DNA from: an uncultured Roseburia sp.
Lineage (GTDB): Bacteria > Bacillota > Clostridia > Lachnospirales > Lachnospiraceae
DNA length: 64,000 nt
Assembly: GCA_947174805.1 (NCBI GenBank)
Contig: CAMWKH010000007.1
Span: 10,345-74,344 of the forward strand
Reading direction: 5' to 3'
Of this stretch, positions 36,363 through 45,589 are shown piece by piece (the first letter of the stretch is position 1; each line of letters starts with the position of its first letter). Under the pieces are notes generated by a model. It was given only the letters and a program-made list of their open reading frames with translations. It had not been told where the DNA came from and did not search any database. A program made the translations under genes and the position numbers.

Positions 36363-39048
36363 GATGTCTGCCTTTGGTTCTTACGGCGGCGTGGAGACCG
36401 TAGATTTTTCCCGGAAACAGGAGGGATTGTTTTTAATTACCGGAGATACGGGAGCGGGGAAAACCACAGTTTTTGACGCTATGATGTATGCCCTCTACGG
36501 GAAAACCAGCGGAGGGGAGAGAAGCGGCGCCATGATGCGAAGCCATTATGCCGGAAGGAATACAAAAACTTATGTGCGGTTTGCGTTTACTTTTCTGGGG
36601 GAGAATTATCAGATTACCCGAAACCCGGAATATGTGATGGAAAAGACCTTGAAAAACGGAAAAATAAAGCAGCAGAAAGTGTCCCAGAGTGTGGAACTGC
36701 TTTTGCCGGAGGGGAAAGTTTTTCCGGGAAAAAAGCAGGAGGTGGAGGAGCGCATCCGGGAAATCGTTGGTTTGACCGGGGAGCAGTTTTGTCAGATGGC
36801 CATGATTGCCCAGGGTGATTTTTTGAAATTACTATATGCCAAAACCGATGAGAGAAAAAAGATTTTCAGCCATCTTTTTGGCACAGGCATTTATGTAAAA
36901 ATTCAAGAGGAATTCCGGCGGCATGCCGCAGTTTTGGAGGATAGGATTAAAGAGAAAAGCCAGGCCTACAGGCAGGAGTATGCCCGGAAAATAATTCCCC
37001 CCGGGTTGGAGGATACAGGGGAAGATACGGGGGAGTATGTGTCAAATCTTTCGGTTTTGGAGGAGTATATATCTTTTGGAAAAAACAGAGAGAGGGAGAT
37101 AAAGGCGGCCCGTACAGAGTGTAAAGACGAACACCAGAAGATTTTGGAGCAAATCAGCATTGCACAGGAAACGGAAAAGCTCTTTGCCCATTGGAAAAAA
37201 GCACTCTTAGAGCAGGAAGAGCTGTCCCAGCGCAGGGATGAAATTTTAAATTTGGAAAAGAGGCTTAAGAAAGGGGAAGCGGCGGAATGGGTCAGGCAGA
37301 AGGAAGAAAATGCGGCAGATGCCAAAACAGCGTGGGAGGAAAACCAGAAATACAAAGGAAATCTAAGAGCAAAGGATGATATGCTAAAGCAGTCCCTGGA
37401 GTTGTCCCAAAATGCAGTCCTATGGCTGGAGAGTTATAGGAAGATGTTTCTCTTGGGCATTTTGTCCCAGGAGCTGGGAGAGTGTATCAAACACAGAAAG
37501 CAGGAGGAGGAGAGAAAAGAAATCTGGCAGAAATCGGTGGAGGACAGCCTTGCAAAACGGGATGCCTACGAGAAAAAGTATTCTGTTTTTCTCCGGGAAC
37601 AGGCGGGGATACTGGCAAAAGAACTGAAGGAGAAAGAGCCCTGCCCTGTGTGCGGTGCGAGGGAGCATCCCCATCCTGCATGTCTCACCTGTGAGGCGGT
37701 AGGACAGCAGGAGGTGGAAAAGGCAAGGGAAATCCGGGATGAGGCGGAGGAAAAAAGAGAGAAAGCCCATCAGGAATACCGTCTGAAAGAGCAGCAGTCC
37801 AGAAATCTTTGGCAGCAGTTTTTCCTTCATGTGAAAGATTCCTTTGGTGAGGAACTTTCGGAGAGAGAGGCGGAGGAGAAGATGATAAGGGCGGAGGAAT
37901 CTTTGGAGGAAGAGGCGGCTGAGAGGGAAAAGAAGCTGGAGAAATCCGGGGACTGGCAGGGATTTATCCGTGAAATCAAAGCCCATGCCAAAACCTGCCG
38001 GGGGCAGGAGGGAGTTTCTTACATGGAGGAAATGAAAGGGGAGGCGGATAAGCGCATTCAAAAGATGCAGGAGGAGAAAGATACAAACAGGGGGACTTTG
38101 GAAGCTGTGGAGCAGGAGGGGGACAGGCTTTTCAAAGAATGGGATAACCAGAATACCATATTTCAAAGCGCTCTGGGGGCAGCTGGATTTGAGGATGAGA
38201 CAGCCTATCGGGAAAGTCTGGCCGGAGAGAGAGAACGGAACCGGTGGGCAGAGGAAATCCGTTCTTACCAAAACCAGGTGGTATTAAAAGAGGGGGAAGT
38301 CAAAGGCCTCTCATCCCAGGTAAAAGGGAAAAAACAGAGGGATATGGAAGGGCTTAAAACCAGGGAAAAGGAACTGAGACAGCGTCAGGGAGAACTGGAA
38401 AACCAGTATATGAAATGTCATTCCGCCAATGAAAACAACCGAAATGTGCGTCAGAATTTGATTTCTCTGGAAAATGAGTGTAAGATGCTAAGAGAGGATG
38501 CCGCAGTGGCGGAAAGCCTTTCCCGCACCGCCGGGGGACGGCTGAACCAGTCGGTGAAAATGGATTTGGAGACGTATATCCAGAGAAGATATTTTAAACA
38601 GATTATTGCCCAGGCAAATAAGAGGTTTATTGCCATGACGGACAGGCAGTTTATGCTGCGGCTCAAAGAGGAGACATTGGGGAAGGGAAGAAATGAGGGG
38701 CTGGATTTAATGGTTTATGCCATTGCAACAGGAACCCTGCGGGATATCAGAACACTGTCCGGGGGCGAATCTTTTCTGGCTGCGTTATCCCTTGCCCTGG
38801 GGCTTTCCGATATTGTTATGAAGCAGAGCGGAGGAATCCGTCTGGATATGATGTTTATCGATGAGGGGTTTGGTTCACTGGACGAGGGATCCAGAAAAAA
38901 AGCCATTGAAGTGTTACAGCAGCTCTCCATGGGCCATCGTCTCATTGGCATTATTTCTCATGTGACGGAACTTAAGGAACAGTTGGATGATAAATTATGT
39001 GTTACCAGAAACGAGAAAGGAAGCAGTGTATGTTGGGAGATTTCATAA
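36343..39048 (+). CDS. sbcC: Exonuclease SbcC (SMC-like ATPase)
   Basis: GDTGAGKTT, coiled coil with CPVCG zinc hook, LSGGESF, FIDEGFGSLD. Confidence 0.93.
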   Translation: MKPIYIEMSAFGSYGGVETVDFSRKQEGLFLITGDTGAGKTTVFDAMMYALYGKTSGGERSGAMMRSHYAGRNTKTYVRFAFTFLGENYQITRNPEYVMEKTLKNGKIKQQKVSQSVELLLPEGKVFPGKKQEVEERIREIVGLTGEQFCQMAMIAQGDFLKLLYAKTDERKKIFSHLFGTGIYVKIQEEFRRHAAVLEDRIKEKSQAYRQEYARKIIPPGLEDTGEDTGEYVSNLSVLEEYISFGKNREREIKAARTECKDEHQKILEQISIAQETEKLFAHWKKALLEQEELSQRRDEILNLEKRLKKGEAAEWVRQKEENAADAKTAWEENQKYKGNLRAKDDMLKQSLELSQNAVLWLESYRKMFLLGILSQELGECIKHRKQEEERKEIWQKSVEDSLAKRDAYEKKYSVFLREQAGILAKELKEKEPCPVCGAREHPHPACLTCEAVGQQEVEKAREIRDEAEEKREKAHQEYRLKEQQSRNLWQQFFLHVKDSFGEELSEREAEEKMIRAEESLEEEAAEREKKLEKSGDWQGFIREIKAHAKTCRGQEGVSYMEEMKGEADKRIQKMQEEKDTNRGTLEAVEQEGDRLFKEWDNQNTIFQSALGAAGFEDETAYRESLAGERERNRWAEEIRSYQNQVVLKEGEVKGLSSQVKGKKQRDMEGLKTREKELRQRQGELENQYMKCHSANENNRNVRQNLISLENECKMLREDAAVAESLSRTAGGRLNQSVKMDLETYIQRRYFKQIIAQANKRFIAMTDRQFMLRLKEETLGKGRNEGLDLMVYAIATGTLRDIRTLSGGESFLAALSLALGLSDIVMKQSGGIRLDMMFIDEGFGSLDEGSRKKAIEVLQQLSMGHRLIGIISHVTELKEQLDDKLCVTRNEKGSSVCWEIS

Positions 39049-39827
39049 AGCGCACAGGAAAAGCACCGATTGCAGTGTTTGACTCAGGGGTGGGGGGAAT
39101 CAGTGTTTTAAGAGAATTAATTGCCCTCATGCCCCAGGAAAATTTTTATTATTATGGGGATTCTGCAAATGCCCCCTACGGCACAAAGGGGCTGGAGGAA
39201 GTAAGGAAACTGACCATTGGGCATGTGGATCAATTTATCAGGGAAGGGGCGAAGGCCGTGGTGGTGGCATGCAATACGGCTACCAGCGCAGCGGTACGGC
39301 TTCTGCGCCTGAAATATGGGGATGTTCCCATTATAGGGATAGAGCCGGCCTTAAAACCTGCGGTGTTATCCAAAGAAAATCCTAATGTGGTGGTTATGGC
39401 AACCCCCATGACCATACGGGAAGAAAAGTTTCATAACCTTATGGACCGTTACACCCATATGGCCCATATTATCCCGCTGCCCTGTCCGGGCCTTATGGAA
39501 TATATTGAACAGGGCAACATCCAGGGGGAGGAACTTCTGGCTTTTTTGGATAAATTATTTGACCCTTTCGATAAGCAGAAACTGGATGCCGTTGTCCTTG
39601 GCTGTACCCATTACCCATTTGTGAGCAGGGAGCTGAAAAAAGTTCTGGGAGATAAAGTGGCCTTATTTGACGGTGGGGAGGGCGTGGCCAGGGAGACCCG
39701 GCGGCGTCTGGCAGAGAAAGGGCTTTTGGGCCAGGAGAAAAAAACGGGGGAGATTTTATTTGTCAACAGTGAAAATACACAGCAGAAAATCAGGCTTTGC
39801 AAAAAACTGCTGGCATTGCCCAGGTAA
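39030..39827 (+). CDS. murI: Glutamate racemase
   Basis: VFDSGVGGISV, PYGTK, VACNTAT, LGCTHYP. Confidence 0.96.
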   Translation: MLGDFIKRTGKAPIAVFDSGVGGISVLRELIALMPQENFYYYGDSANAPYGTKGLEEVRKLTIGHVDQFIREGAKAVVVACNTATSAAVRLLRLKYGDVPIIGIEPALKPAVLSKENPNVVVMATPMTIREEKFHNLMDRYTHMAHIIPLPCPGLMEYIEQGNIQGEELLAFLDKLFDPFDKQKLDAVVLGCTHYPFVSRELKKVLGDKVALFDGGEGVARETRRRLAEKGLLGQEKKTGEILFVNSENTQQKIRLCKKLLALPR

Positions 39828-39850
39828 CATATGGGTGAAAAGGAGGACAT

Positions 39851-40837
39851 ATGGCAAAGTCTTATCATCAGAAGCTGAAAATACTTTATATTGCGCAGAT
39901 GCTGTTGGATAAATCAGACGAGGAGCATCTGCTCTCTACAAAAGATTTGATTGCAGGGCTCTCTGAGTACGGTATCTTAGCGGAGCGGAAAAGTATTTAC
40001 GCAGATATAGAGGCGTTGATGGAGTTTGGAATGGATATAGTAAAAGAGGAAGGCCGTTCGGGGGGCTATTATATTGCAAGCCGTCAGTTTGAGCTCCCGG
40101 AGCTAAAGCTTTTGGTGGATTCCGTTCAGGCATCCAAATTTATTACGGAAAAGAAATCCAGGGAGCTGATTGCCAAGCTGGAGACTCTTACCAGCCATGC
40201 CAACGGGGGCAAACTTCACCGTCAGGTGGTGGTGAATAACAGGAACAAAGCGGTAAATGAATCCATTTACTATAATGTGGACGCTATTTATACCGCCATG
40301 AATGATAATGTCCAAATCCGATTCCAATATTTTTCCTGGACACCGGATAAGAAAATGGCACTGCGCAGAGACGGGGAATTTTACCAGGTAAGCCCCTGGT
40401 TTTTAACCTGGGAGGATGAGAATTATTATCTTATTGCCTATGACGGAAAAGCGGATGTAATGAAGCATTACCGGGTGGACAAAATGCTGAAACCGGGAAA
40501 CACAAAGGAGAAGCGTCAGGGGAGAGAATTGGCGGAGAGCGTGGATCTTGCGGCCTATGCAAAGAAAACATTCGGAATGTTTGCGGGAAATGAGATGACG
40601 GTGGTTTTAGAGTGCAGGGAAGAATTGACAGGGGTATGTATTGACCGGTTTGGAACAGATGTAGCGATGCGAAGGACTGAGGAAGGAGGCATCCGCCTCC
40701 GGGCGGATGTTGCAGTATCCCCTCAGTTTTACGGCTGGCTGGCAGGCTTGGGGGACAGGATAAAAATCCTATCCCCGGAGAGTGTCAGGGAGGCCTACCG
40801 TCAGTGGCTGAACAATATTATACAGTCTTTAGAATAA
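39851..40837 (+). CDS. wHTH-WYL-WCX transcriptional regulator
   Basis: N-terminal HTH (ERKSIYADIEAL), VSPWFLTWEDENYYLIAYD...HYRVDKM WYL region, C-terminal ILSPESVR. Confidence 0.9.
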   Translation: MAKSYHQKLKILYIAQMLLDKSDEEHLLSTKDLIAGLSEYGILAERKSIYADIEALMEFGMDIVKEEGRSGGYYIASRQFELPELKLLVDSVQASKFITEKKSRELIAKLETLTSHANGGKLHRQVVVNNRNKAVNESIYYNVDAIYTAMNDNVQIRFQYFSWTPDKKMALRRDGEFYQVSPWFLTWEDENYYLIAYDGKADVMKHYRVDKMLKPGNTKEKRQGRELAESVDLAAYAKKTFGMFAGNEMTVVLECREELTGVCIDRFGTDVAMRRTEEGGIRLRADVAVSPQFYGWLAGLGDRIKILSPESVREAYRQWLNNIIQSLE

Positions 40838-41564
40838 AATGGAAGAAAAAGTACAGTAAAAGCAAATGTAAGGGATAAAAAGCGTAAAATATATATTTCA
40901 GGTCCAGTCCTCGTTTCCCGTTGTAAAATTTTACCAGCAGGATATCTATGAGGGCTGGACTTTCTGCTATATTCATAGCGGAAAGCCAGATTACAGACAC
41001 CCCCATGGCAAGAGTGCTGCTTCTATTCTGCCTAAATAGATAGATAAATACAATGGCCAGTACGCCCACAGCCCCATAGTCGGTATGCAGCAGCTGTGCC
41101 AGTATAATCCCGGCGATTAAAACGGCGCACTCCCATAAAAAACAAAGAAAGCCTTTTGATATTTCTTTGGCATGGTCCATAAGGGCAATCACGGAAAGTC
41201 CGATAAGGAGGGTAAAAAATACATTCTGATACTGCCAGTAAAACATTTGCCTGTTAAATGCCAAATCAAAGGGAATTTCGGAGAGAAAGGCAAAGAGTAA
41301 AAGCCGCAGGGCATATTTTTTCACATTTCGTGTGTGGGAGAAGCCTTCCACCAAAAGAAAGCAGTAAATGGGAAATGCCAGGCGGCCGATCCCCCGCATA
41401 ATATAGTAGGGCGCCATGTATCTGCTGAATTGTGTTTCAAATGCCACCACCCCTAAATGGTCGATAAACATGGTGACAATGGCGATTAGTTTTAAAGTAC
41501 TGCCGGACAATCCCCTGGCTTTCTCCTGTTGGGACGCCCTTTGGGCGGAATTAGTTTCTGACAT
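40818..41564 (-). CDS. TraX family membrane protein
   Basis: LKLIAIVTMFIDH, GRLAFPIYCFLLVEGF, LSEIPF, QNVFFTL, FYAFYPLHL. Confidence 0.88.
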   Translation of the reverse strand: MSETNSAQRASQQEKARGLSGSTLKLIAIVTMFIDHLGVVAFETQFSRYMAPYYIMRGIGRLAFPIYCFLLVEGFSHTRNVKKYALRLLLFAFLSEIPFDLAFNRQMFYWQYQNVFFTLLIGLSVIALMDHAKEISKGFLCFLWECAVLIAGIILAQLLHTDYGAVGVLAIVFIYLFRQNRSSTLAMGVSVIWLSAMNIAESPALIDILLVKFYNGKRGLDLKYIFYAFYPLHLLLLYFFFHFILKTV

Positions 41565-41880
41565 AGTAATCCTCCTGTTTTTTGTTTTTCTAATTCTATG
41601 AAATTAAGACAGGTCTTTTGATGAAATTCCAACCACGTCTTTTCAAAGGTAGATGTTCCTTTTCATGGATTCGATTTTCACTATTCCTCTTTTTTCAGTC
41701 TGAAGGATTCATTTCCCAGACAATAAAAATAATTTTAACATATGAATTAATTTTTGACCAGCGGAAATTTAATATTTGCAAAAGAAATACAACAGCGTTG
41801 TGAAGGCTCTTAAAAGGTGAGAAATATGCATTGACGCTGTTTTTACTTCAAGTTATCATGGTAAAAAGGAGGGGACGCAT

Positions 41881-42630
41881 ATGGTAATAGGAATTTGTGA
41901 TGACCTGGCCAGGGACCGTGAGCAGATTTATGATTTTTGTGAAGCTTTTTTTGCCCGCTGTGATATGGAACATCAATATCGGATGTTTTCCAGCGGGGAG
42001 GAGGTATTAGAATATTGTAAACAAAAAGACCAACAGCGGGTGGACCTGCTTTTTTTGGATATTGAACTGGGCGAGATTGACGGTATTCAGGTGAAAGACC
42101 AGATTTTACGGAAGGATATGGTGTGGAGAATTGTGTTTGTGTCCGGTAATCAGGATAAGGTGTTTTTATCTTTTGGGTTAAAAACGCTGGGTTTTTTGGT
42201 AAAGCCTGTGGTCAGAGAAGATATCTGCAAATGGGTTCAAGTGGTTTTGGAGGAATTGAAAGAAGATGTTATGATTGCCATTGCGGATTCCAAGACCGCG
42301 GAGGAGAGGTATGTAAGGCTGGAGGATATTGAATATTTTGCTGCGGAGGGCAATTACACGAAAATCGTGCTCCATACGGAGGAGGATTCCCAGGAGCAGT
42401 ATATTTTGGTTACGAAAAAAATCGGAGAGCTGGAGCAGGAGTACAGCAATTTTCCTATTTTGCGGGTACATAAATCCTATATGGTAAACCTGGAAAATGT
42501 TATGGACATCAAGGGGGAGATAACCATCAGAGACAGTGCGGACAGGATACCTATAGGAAGGACTTTTAAAGATTCCGTTAGGAAGAAGTATTTGGAATTT
42601 GGAAGGGAGAAAGTAAGAGGAAGAACATGA
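41881..42630 (+). CDS. LytTR family response regulator (AgrA-like)
   Basis: ICDD, LLFLDIE receiver, LVKP; LytTR IEYFAAEGNY...RVHKSYMVNL; promoter TTGACG-17-TATCAT. Confidence 0.95.
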   Translation: MVIGICDDLARDREQIYDFCEAFFARCDMEHQYRMFSSGEEVLEYCKQKDQQRVDLLFLDIELGEIDGIQVKDQILRKDMVWRIVFVSGNQDKVFLSFGLKTLGFLVKPVVREDICKWVQVVLEELKEDVMIAIADSKTAEERYVRLEDIEYFAAEGNYTKIVLHTEEDSQEQYILVTKKIGELEQEYSNFPILRVHKSYMVNLENVMDIKGEITIRDSADRIPIGRTFKDSVRKKYLEFGREKVRGRT

Positions 42631-43928
42631 GGGAGGATATCGTTTACCTGACATTGTATTTGGTTACGGAGATGATGAATTATCTTTTGGCTTACAGGGT
42701 TATTTTTCAGGCGGAGATTACCAGGGATAAGAGACGGTGGGCAGCAGGGATTGTTAGTTTATTGGTGATTCATTTTTTCATTATGGTTATGTACGGTGAA
42801 AAAACATCAGAGTCTGTCAGTGCTGTTACCATGATTATGTTGCCTCTTTGCATGCTTCAAAAGAAAGAAAAAAAGAATTTTATTATATATCCTTTCATCG
42901 TGATTGGCACATCTAATATTATGATAAGTGTATCATTTTTATGCGCTGTTTTATTTGAGGTATCAGAATTTAATATAATAGAAAATGATATCATAAGGCT
43001 ATTTTGTCAATGTATGCCAATTATAATGATGTTTGGATTAGATATGTATAGGAGGCACAAAAAGAAGAAATTAATTTATATTCAGTTGGGACGGCAGCAA
43101 TATATATTATTTTATATAGGAATTGTCTGCACCTATTTCATGATAAGCGCTTTGCAGGTTTTGTCTAAAGAGAATGCTTCAAAGAGTGTAATAAATGTTT
43201 GTGGGTTAGCAATTTCTTTTGCGTGTATCGTTTTTATATTTTTAATTCTTTGGCAGGGAATTGTGGTATACCGGGAAATTCAGTATAAAGAACGATGTGA
43301 GATGAATGAGCAATATTTGGAACTGCAGGCAGAACATTATCGGCAGCTTATGGCTCAGGATGAAAAAATGAGGAAATTTCGACATGATATGAATAGCCAT
43401 ATTAATATGCTAAAGTACTACTGTGAAAGCCAGCAGTATCCGGTGTTAAATAATTATCTTTCAAATATGGTTCGAGAATCGGCAGTTTACGATGTGGCTG
43501 TTTATACACGAAACCGCAGTGTGGACGCAGTTATCGCACCGCTGGCTCAGATGGCACAGGAAAAGAATATAAAAATCACATGGAACGGTATTCTTCCAGA
43601 ACAGACAAAAGTGGCTTTGTATGATTTGTGTACGATAATGTCCAATCTTTTAAAAAATGCCGTTGAAGCTTGTGATGAAGTACCGGAGGAGAATGAGCGG
43701 AAAATTGAAGTGAAAGTGGGAAGTTATAATAATCAGATTTTTTTGACTATTAGAAATACAGTAGCAAAGAAGGTGATAGTGGAAAATCAAAATTTAATCA
43801 CATCTAAAAAAGACAGAGACAATCACGGTATAGGAAGTCAGAATGTGAAAGAAGCAGTGGAAAAATATGATGGAACCATTCTTTACCTATGTGAAAATGG
43901 ATGGTTTGAAGTGAAAATTGGTATTTAA
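42627..43928 (+). CDS. AgrC-like multi-TM GHKL sensor histidine kinase
   Basis: About 6 TM, RKFRHDMNSH H-box, NLLKNAVEAC, NHGIGSQNV. Confidence 0.93.
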   Translation: MREDIVYLTLYLVTEMMNYLLAYRVIFQAEITRDKRRWAAGIVSLLVIHFFIMVMYGEKTSESVSAVTMIMLPLCMLQKKEKKNFIIYPFIVIGTSNIMISVSFLCAVLFEVSEFNIIENDIIRLFCQCMPIIMMFGLDMYRRHKKKKLIYIQLGRQQYILFYIGIVCTYFMISALQVLSKENASKSVINVCGLAISFACIVFIFLILWQGIVVYREIQYKERCEMNEQYLELQAEHYRQLMAQDEKMRKFRHDMNSHINMLKYYCESQQYPVLNNYLSNMVRESAVYDVAVYTRNRSVDAVIAPLAQMAQEKNIKITWNGILPEQTKVALYDLCTIMSNLLKNAVEACDEVPEENERKIEVKVGSYNNQIFLTIRNTVAKKVIVENQNLITSKKDRDNHGIGSQNVKEAVEKYDGTILYLCENGWFEVKIGI

Positions 43929-43951
43929 AAGTACGTATTTTAGATGAAAAG

Positions 43952-43984
43952 GCAGCACATCTCTCGGGAGGTGTGTTGTTTTTT
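43952..43984 (+). terminator. Terminator of the LytTR/HK operon
   Basis: GCAGCACATCTC-TCGG-GAGGTGTGTTGT followed by a T-tract. Confidence 0.8.
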
Positions 43985-44052
43985 GTCGTTCATACAAAAA
44001 AAGTGTCGTTCATACAAAGTAAATTGCTTTTTATCATAGAGGAAGATATTAT
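43984..44052 (+). promoter_or_regulatory. LytTR-type direct-repeat activator site plus promoter
   Basis: TGTCGTTCATACAAA twice, perfect (43984-43998 and 44004-44018, 20-bp period), ending 5 bp before TTGCTT (44024-29)-17-TATTAT (44047-52). Confidence 0.8.
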
Positions 44053-44093
44053 GAAGTTGTAAGCAAAGATATGTAGAAAGAGAGGTGTTAAAG

Positions 44094-44141
44094 ATGAAAT
44101 TTTTATGGTTGGACTATTGGTTTTTTTGGCCATTTGGATAA
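44094..44141 (+). CDS. Candidate 15-aa aromatic micropeptide MKFLWLDYWFFWPFG (or the 5' end of a decayed gene)
   Basis: AGAGGTG RBS about 6 nt before the ATG; first ORF with a good RBS after the repeat-linked promoter. Confidence 0.4.
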   Translation: MKFLWLDYWFFWPFG

Positions 44142-44344
44142 GCAGAGCGGTAAAGAGAAAACATGGAATACAACACACAGTTCTGAGTTTGACATAATAG
44201 ATATTTATGGTTCTCCCTCATTAACCATATATCAAAGGAACTAGTAAGTTGATTTTAGTTTAGAATCCTCAAAATAATGAACTTTATGCCATGTGTTTCG
44301 CTACTGTTGCTTTGTATGTGGAAAATGAAAGTAAATAGGTGATG

Positions 44345-44389
44345 AACAAGTGAGAGTGCCCATAGGTATGGGGCACTCTCATTGTTTTT
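44345..44389 (+). terminator. Strong intrinsic terminator closing the LytTR-target transcript
   Basis: AACAAG-TGAGAGTGCCC...GGGCACTCTCA-TTGTTTTT. Confidence 0.85.
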
Positions 44390-44558
44390 CAAAAAAGTCT
44401 TGCAAATATAGTTAAAAGGTTATATTCTTAATCCTATCAAAATACATAGGCCTTTGTATGGATACAAATGGATTCTTATGATTCACAGAAGCAGCGGTGC
44501 TGCGTCAGGCGTTTCGCCAAAGGTTTCCAATGACTAATTTTTACAGGAGGATTTGCTT

Positions 44559-45506
44559 ATGGAATATGCAAGCGGAGGAGTAAGCACAAAGAAAGGTACG
44601 TTTCGCAAACTGGAGGAATTAAATCTTTTAGATGATTTTCTCTTTCAGGAAATAGCATCAAGTCCGGAGGTGGGGGAAGAATTCTGCCGCATTTTGCTTC
44701 GGGTAGTACTTGGGAAGGAAGTACGGAAAGTAAAAGTAATTCCCCAGAGGGCGATACAGGGAGTGGATGTAAAACAGCATGGCATCCGCTTGGACGCCTA
44801 CATAGAGGATGTTTCCAGGGATGAAATAATGGGGGAAATGGAGATGTTTGATGCCCAGGTTATGCCGGAAAATTCGGATATATATGATATTGAGCCGAAT
44901 AAAATATATGAGAAGGAAAGGCTTCCAAGAAAGATGAGATATTATCATGGACTGATAGATACAAAACTTTTAAAAACAAGCGTAAACTATGAAAAACTTC
45001 CAAATGTGTTTATCATTATGATACTGCCCTATGACCCATTTGGGAATAAGCGAATGGTATATACCATAAAGAATCAGTGTGTGGAGGATAAAACGGTTTC
45101 ATATGAGGATGGTGCAGTGAAATTATTCCTATATACCAGGGGAACAGAAGGAAAACCTAGCCAAGATTTAATTGATATGTTAAAATATATTGAGGAATCA
45201 ACAGACGAAAATGTGAAGAACCAGGATATTAAACGGGTGGATGAACTGGTGAGGCATATCAAGGAAAGTGAGGAGGTGGGCATTCGTCATATGAAATCGT
45301 GGGAATGGGAAGAGTATATCAAAAGGAATGCATCGGAAGAGGGGCTGGCTCAGGGTTTAGAAAAAGGGATGGAGCGGGCGGAAAATAGATGTATTGTGAA
45401 TATGCATAAAAATGGTTATACGTTAAAACAAATAGCAGAAGTTATGGAAAAAAGCGAGGAAGAAATTCAGGCTGTTGTTAAAAGGGAGTTGTCGGTATTA
45501 CTATAA
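44559..45506 (+). CDS. Rpn family recombination-promoting nuclease / PD-(D/E)XK putative transposase
   Basis: LLDDFLF, GIRLDAYI, IYDIE, RYYHGLID, FIIMILPYDPFG, LFLYTRG, C-terminal GLAQGLEKG; ATG 44559 follows AGGAGG. Confidence 0.9.
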   Translation: MEYASGGVSTKKGTFRKLEELNLLDDFLFQEIASSPEVGEEFCRILLRVVLGKEVRKVKVIPQRAIQGVDVKQHGIRLDAYIEDVSRDEIMGEMEMFDAQVMPENSDIYDIEPNKIYEKERLPRKMRYYHGLIDTKLLKTSVNYEKLPNVFIIMILPYDPFGNKRMVYTIKNQCVEDKTVSYEDGAVKLFLYTRGTEGKPSQDLIDMLKYIEESTDENVKNQDIKRVDELVRHIKESEEVGIRHMKSWEWEEYIKRNASEEGLAQGLEKGMERAENRCIVNMHKNGYTLKQIAEVMEKSEEEIQAVVKRELSVLL

Positions 45507-45589
45507 TTTTATTTATGGATGGCACATGGATACAAACTCAAATACTTAAAATAATGGAAATGTGGCAAATGTCATGAAGGAAAAGGACA

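Noticed and set aside
37420-38271. Long antisense ORFs (283 aa opposite sbcC; 197 aa at 15503-16096; 208 aa at 55766-56392 and others)
   Set aside because: Shadow frames of well-supported genes, with no RBS or recognisable motifs.
43984-44018. Direct repeats as a mini-CRISPR or iteron array
   Set aside because: Only two 15-bp copies 5 bp apart, with no cas or rep gene; the position against a -35 fits an activator site.
44277-44342. 21-aa hydrophobic ORF MNFMPCVSLLLLCMWKMKVNR as a type I toxin
   Set aside because: No RBS and no evident antisense RNA promoter; more likely a chance frame.
40818-45506. TraX plus Rpn as evidence of a conjugative element
   Set aside because: No relaxase, T4SS, integrase or tRNA att site; TraX-family genes are often chromosomal.
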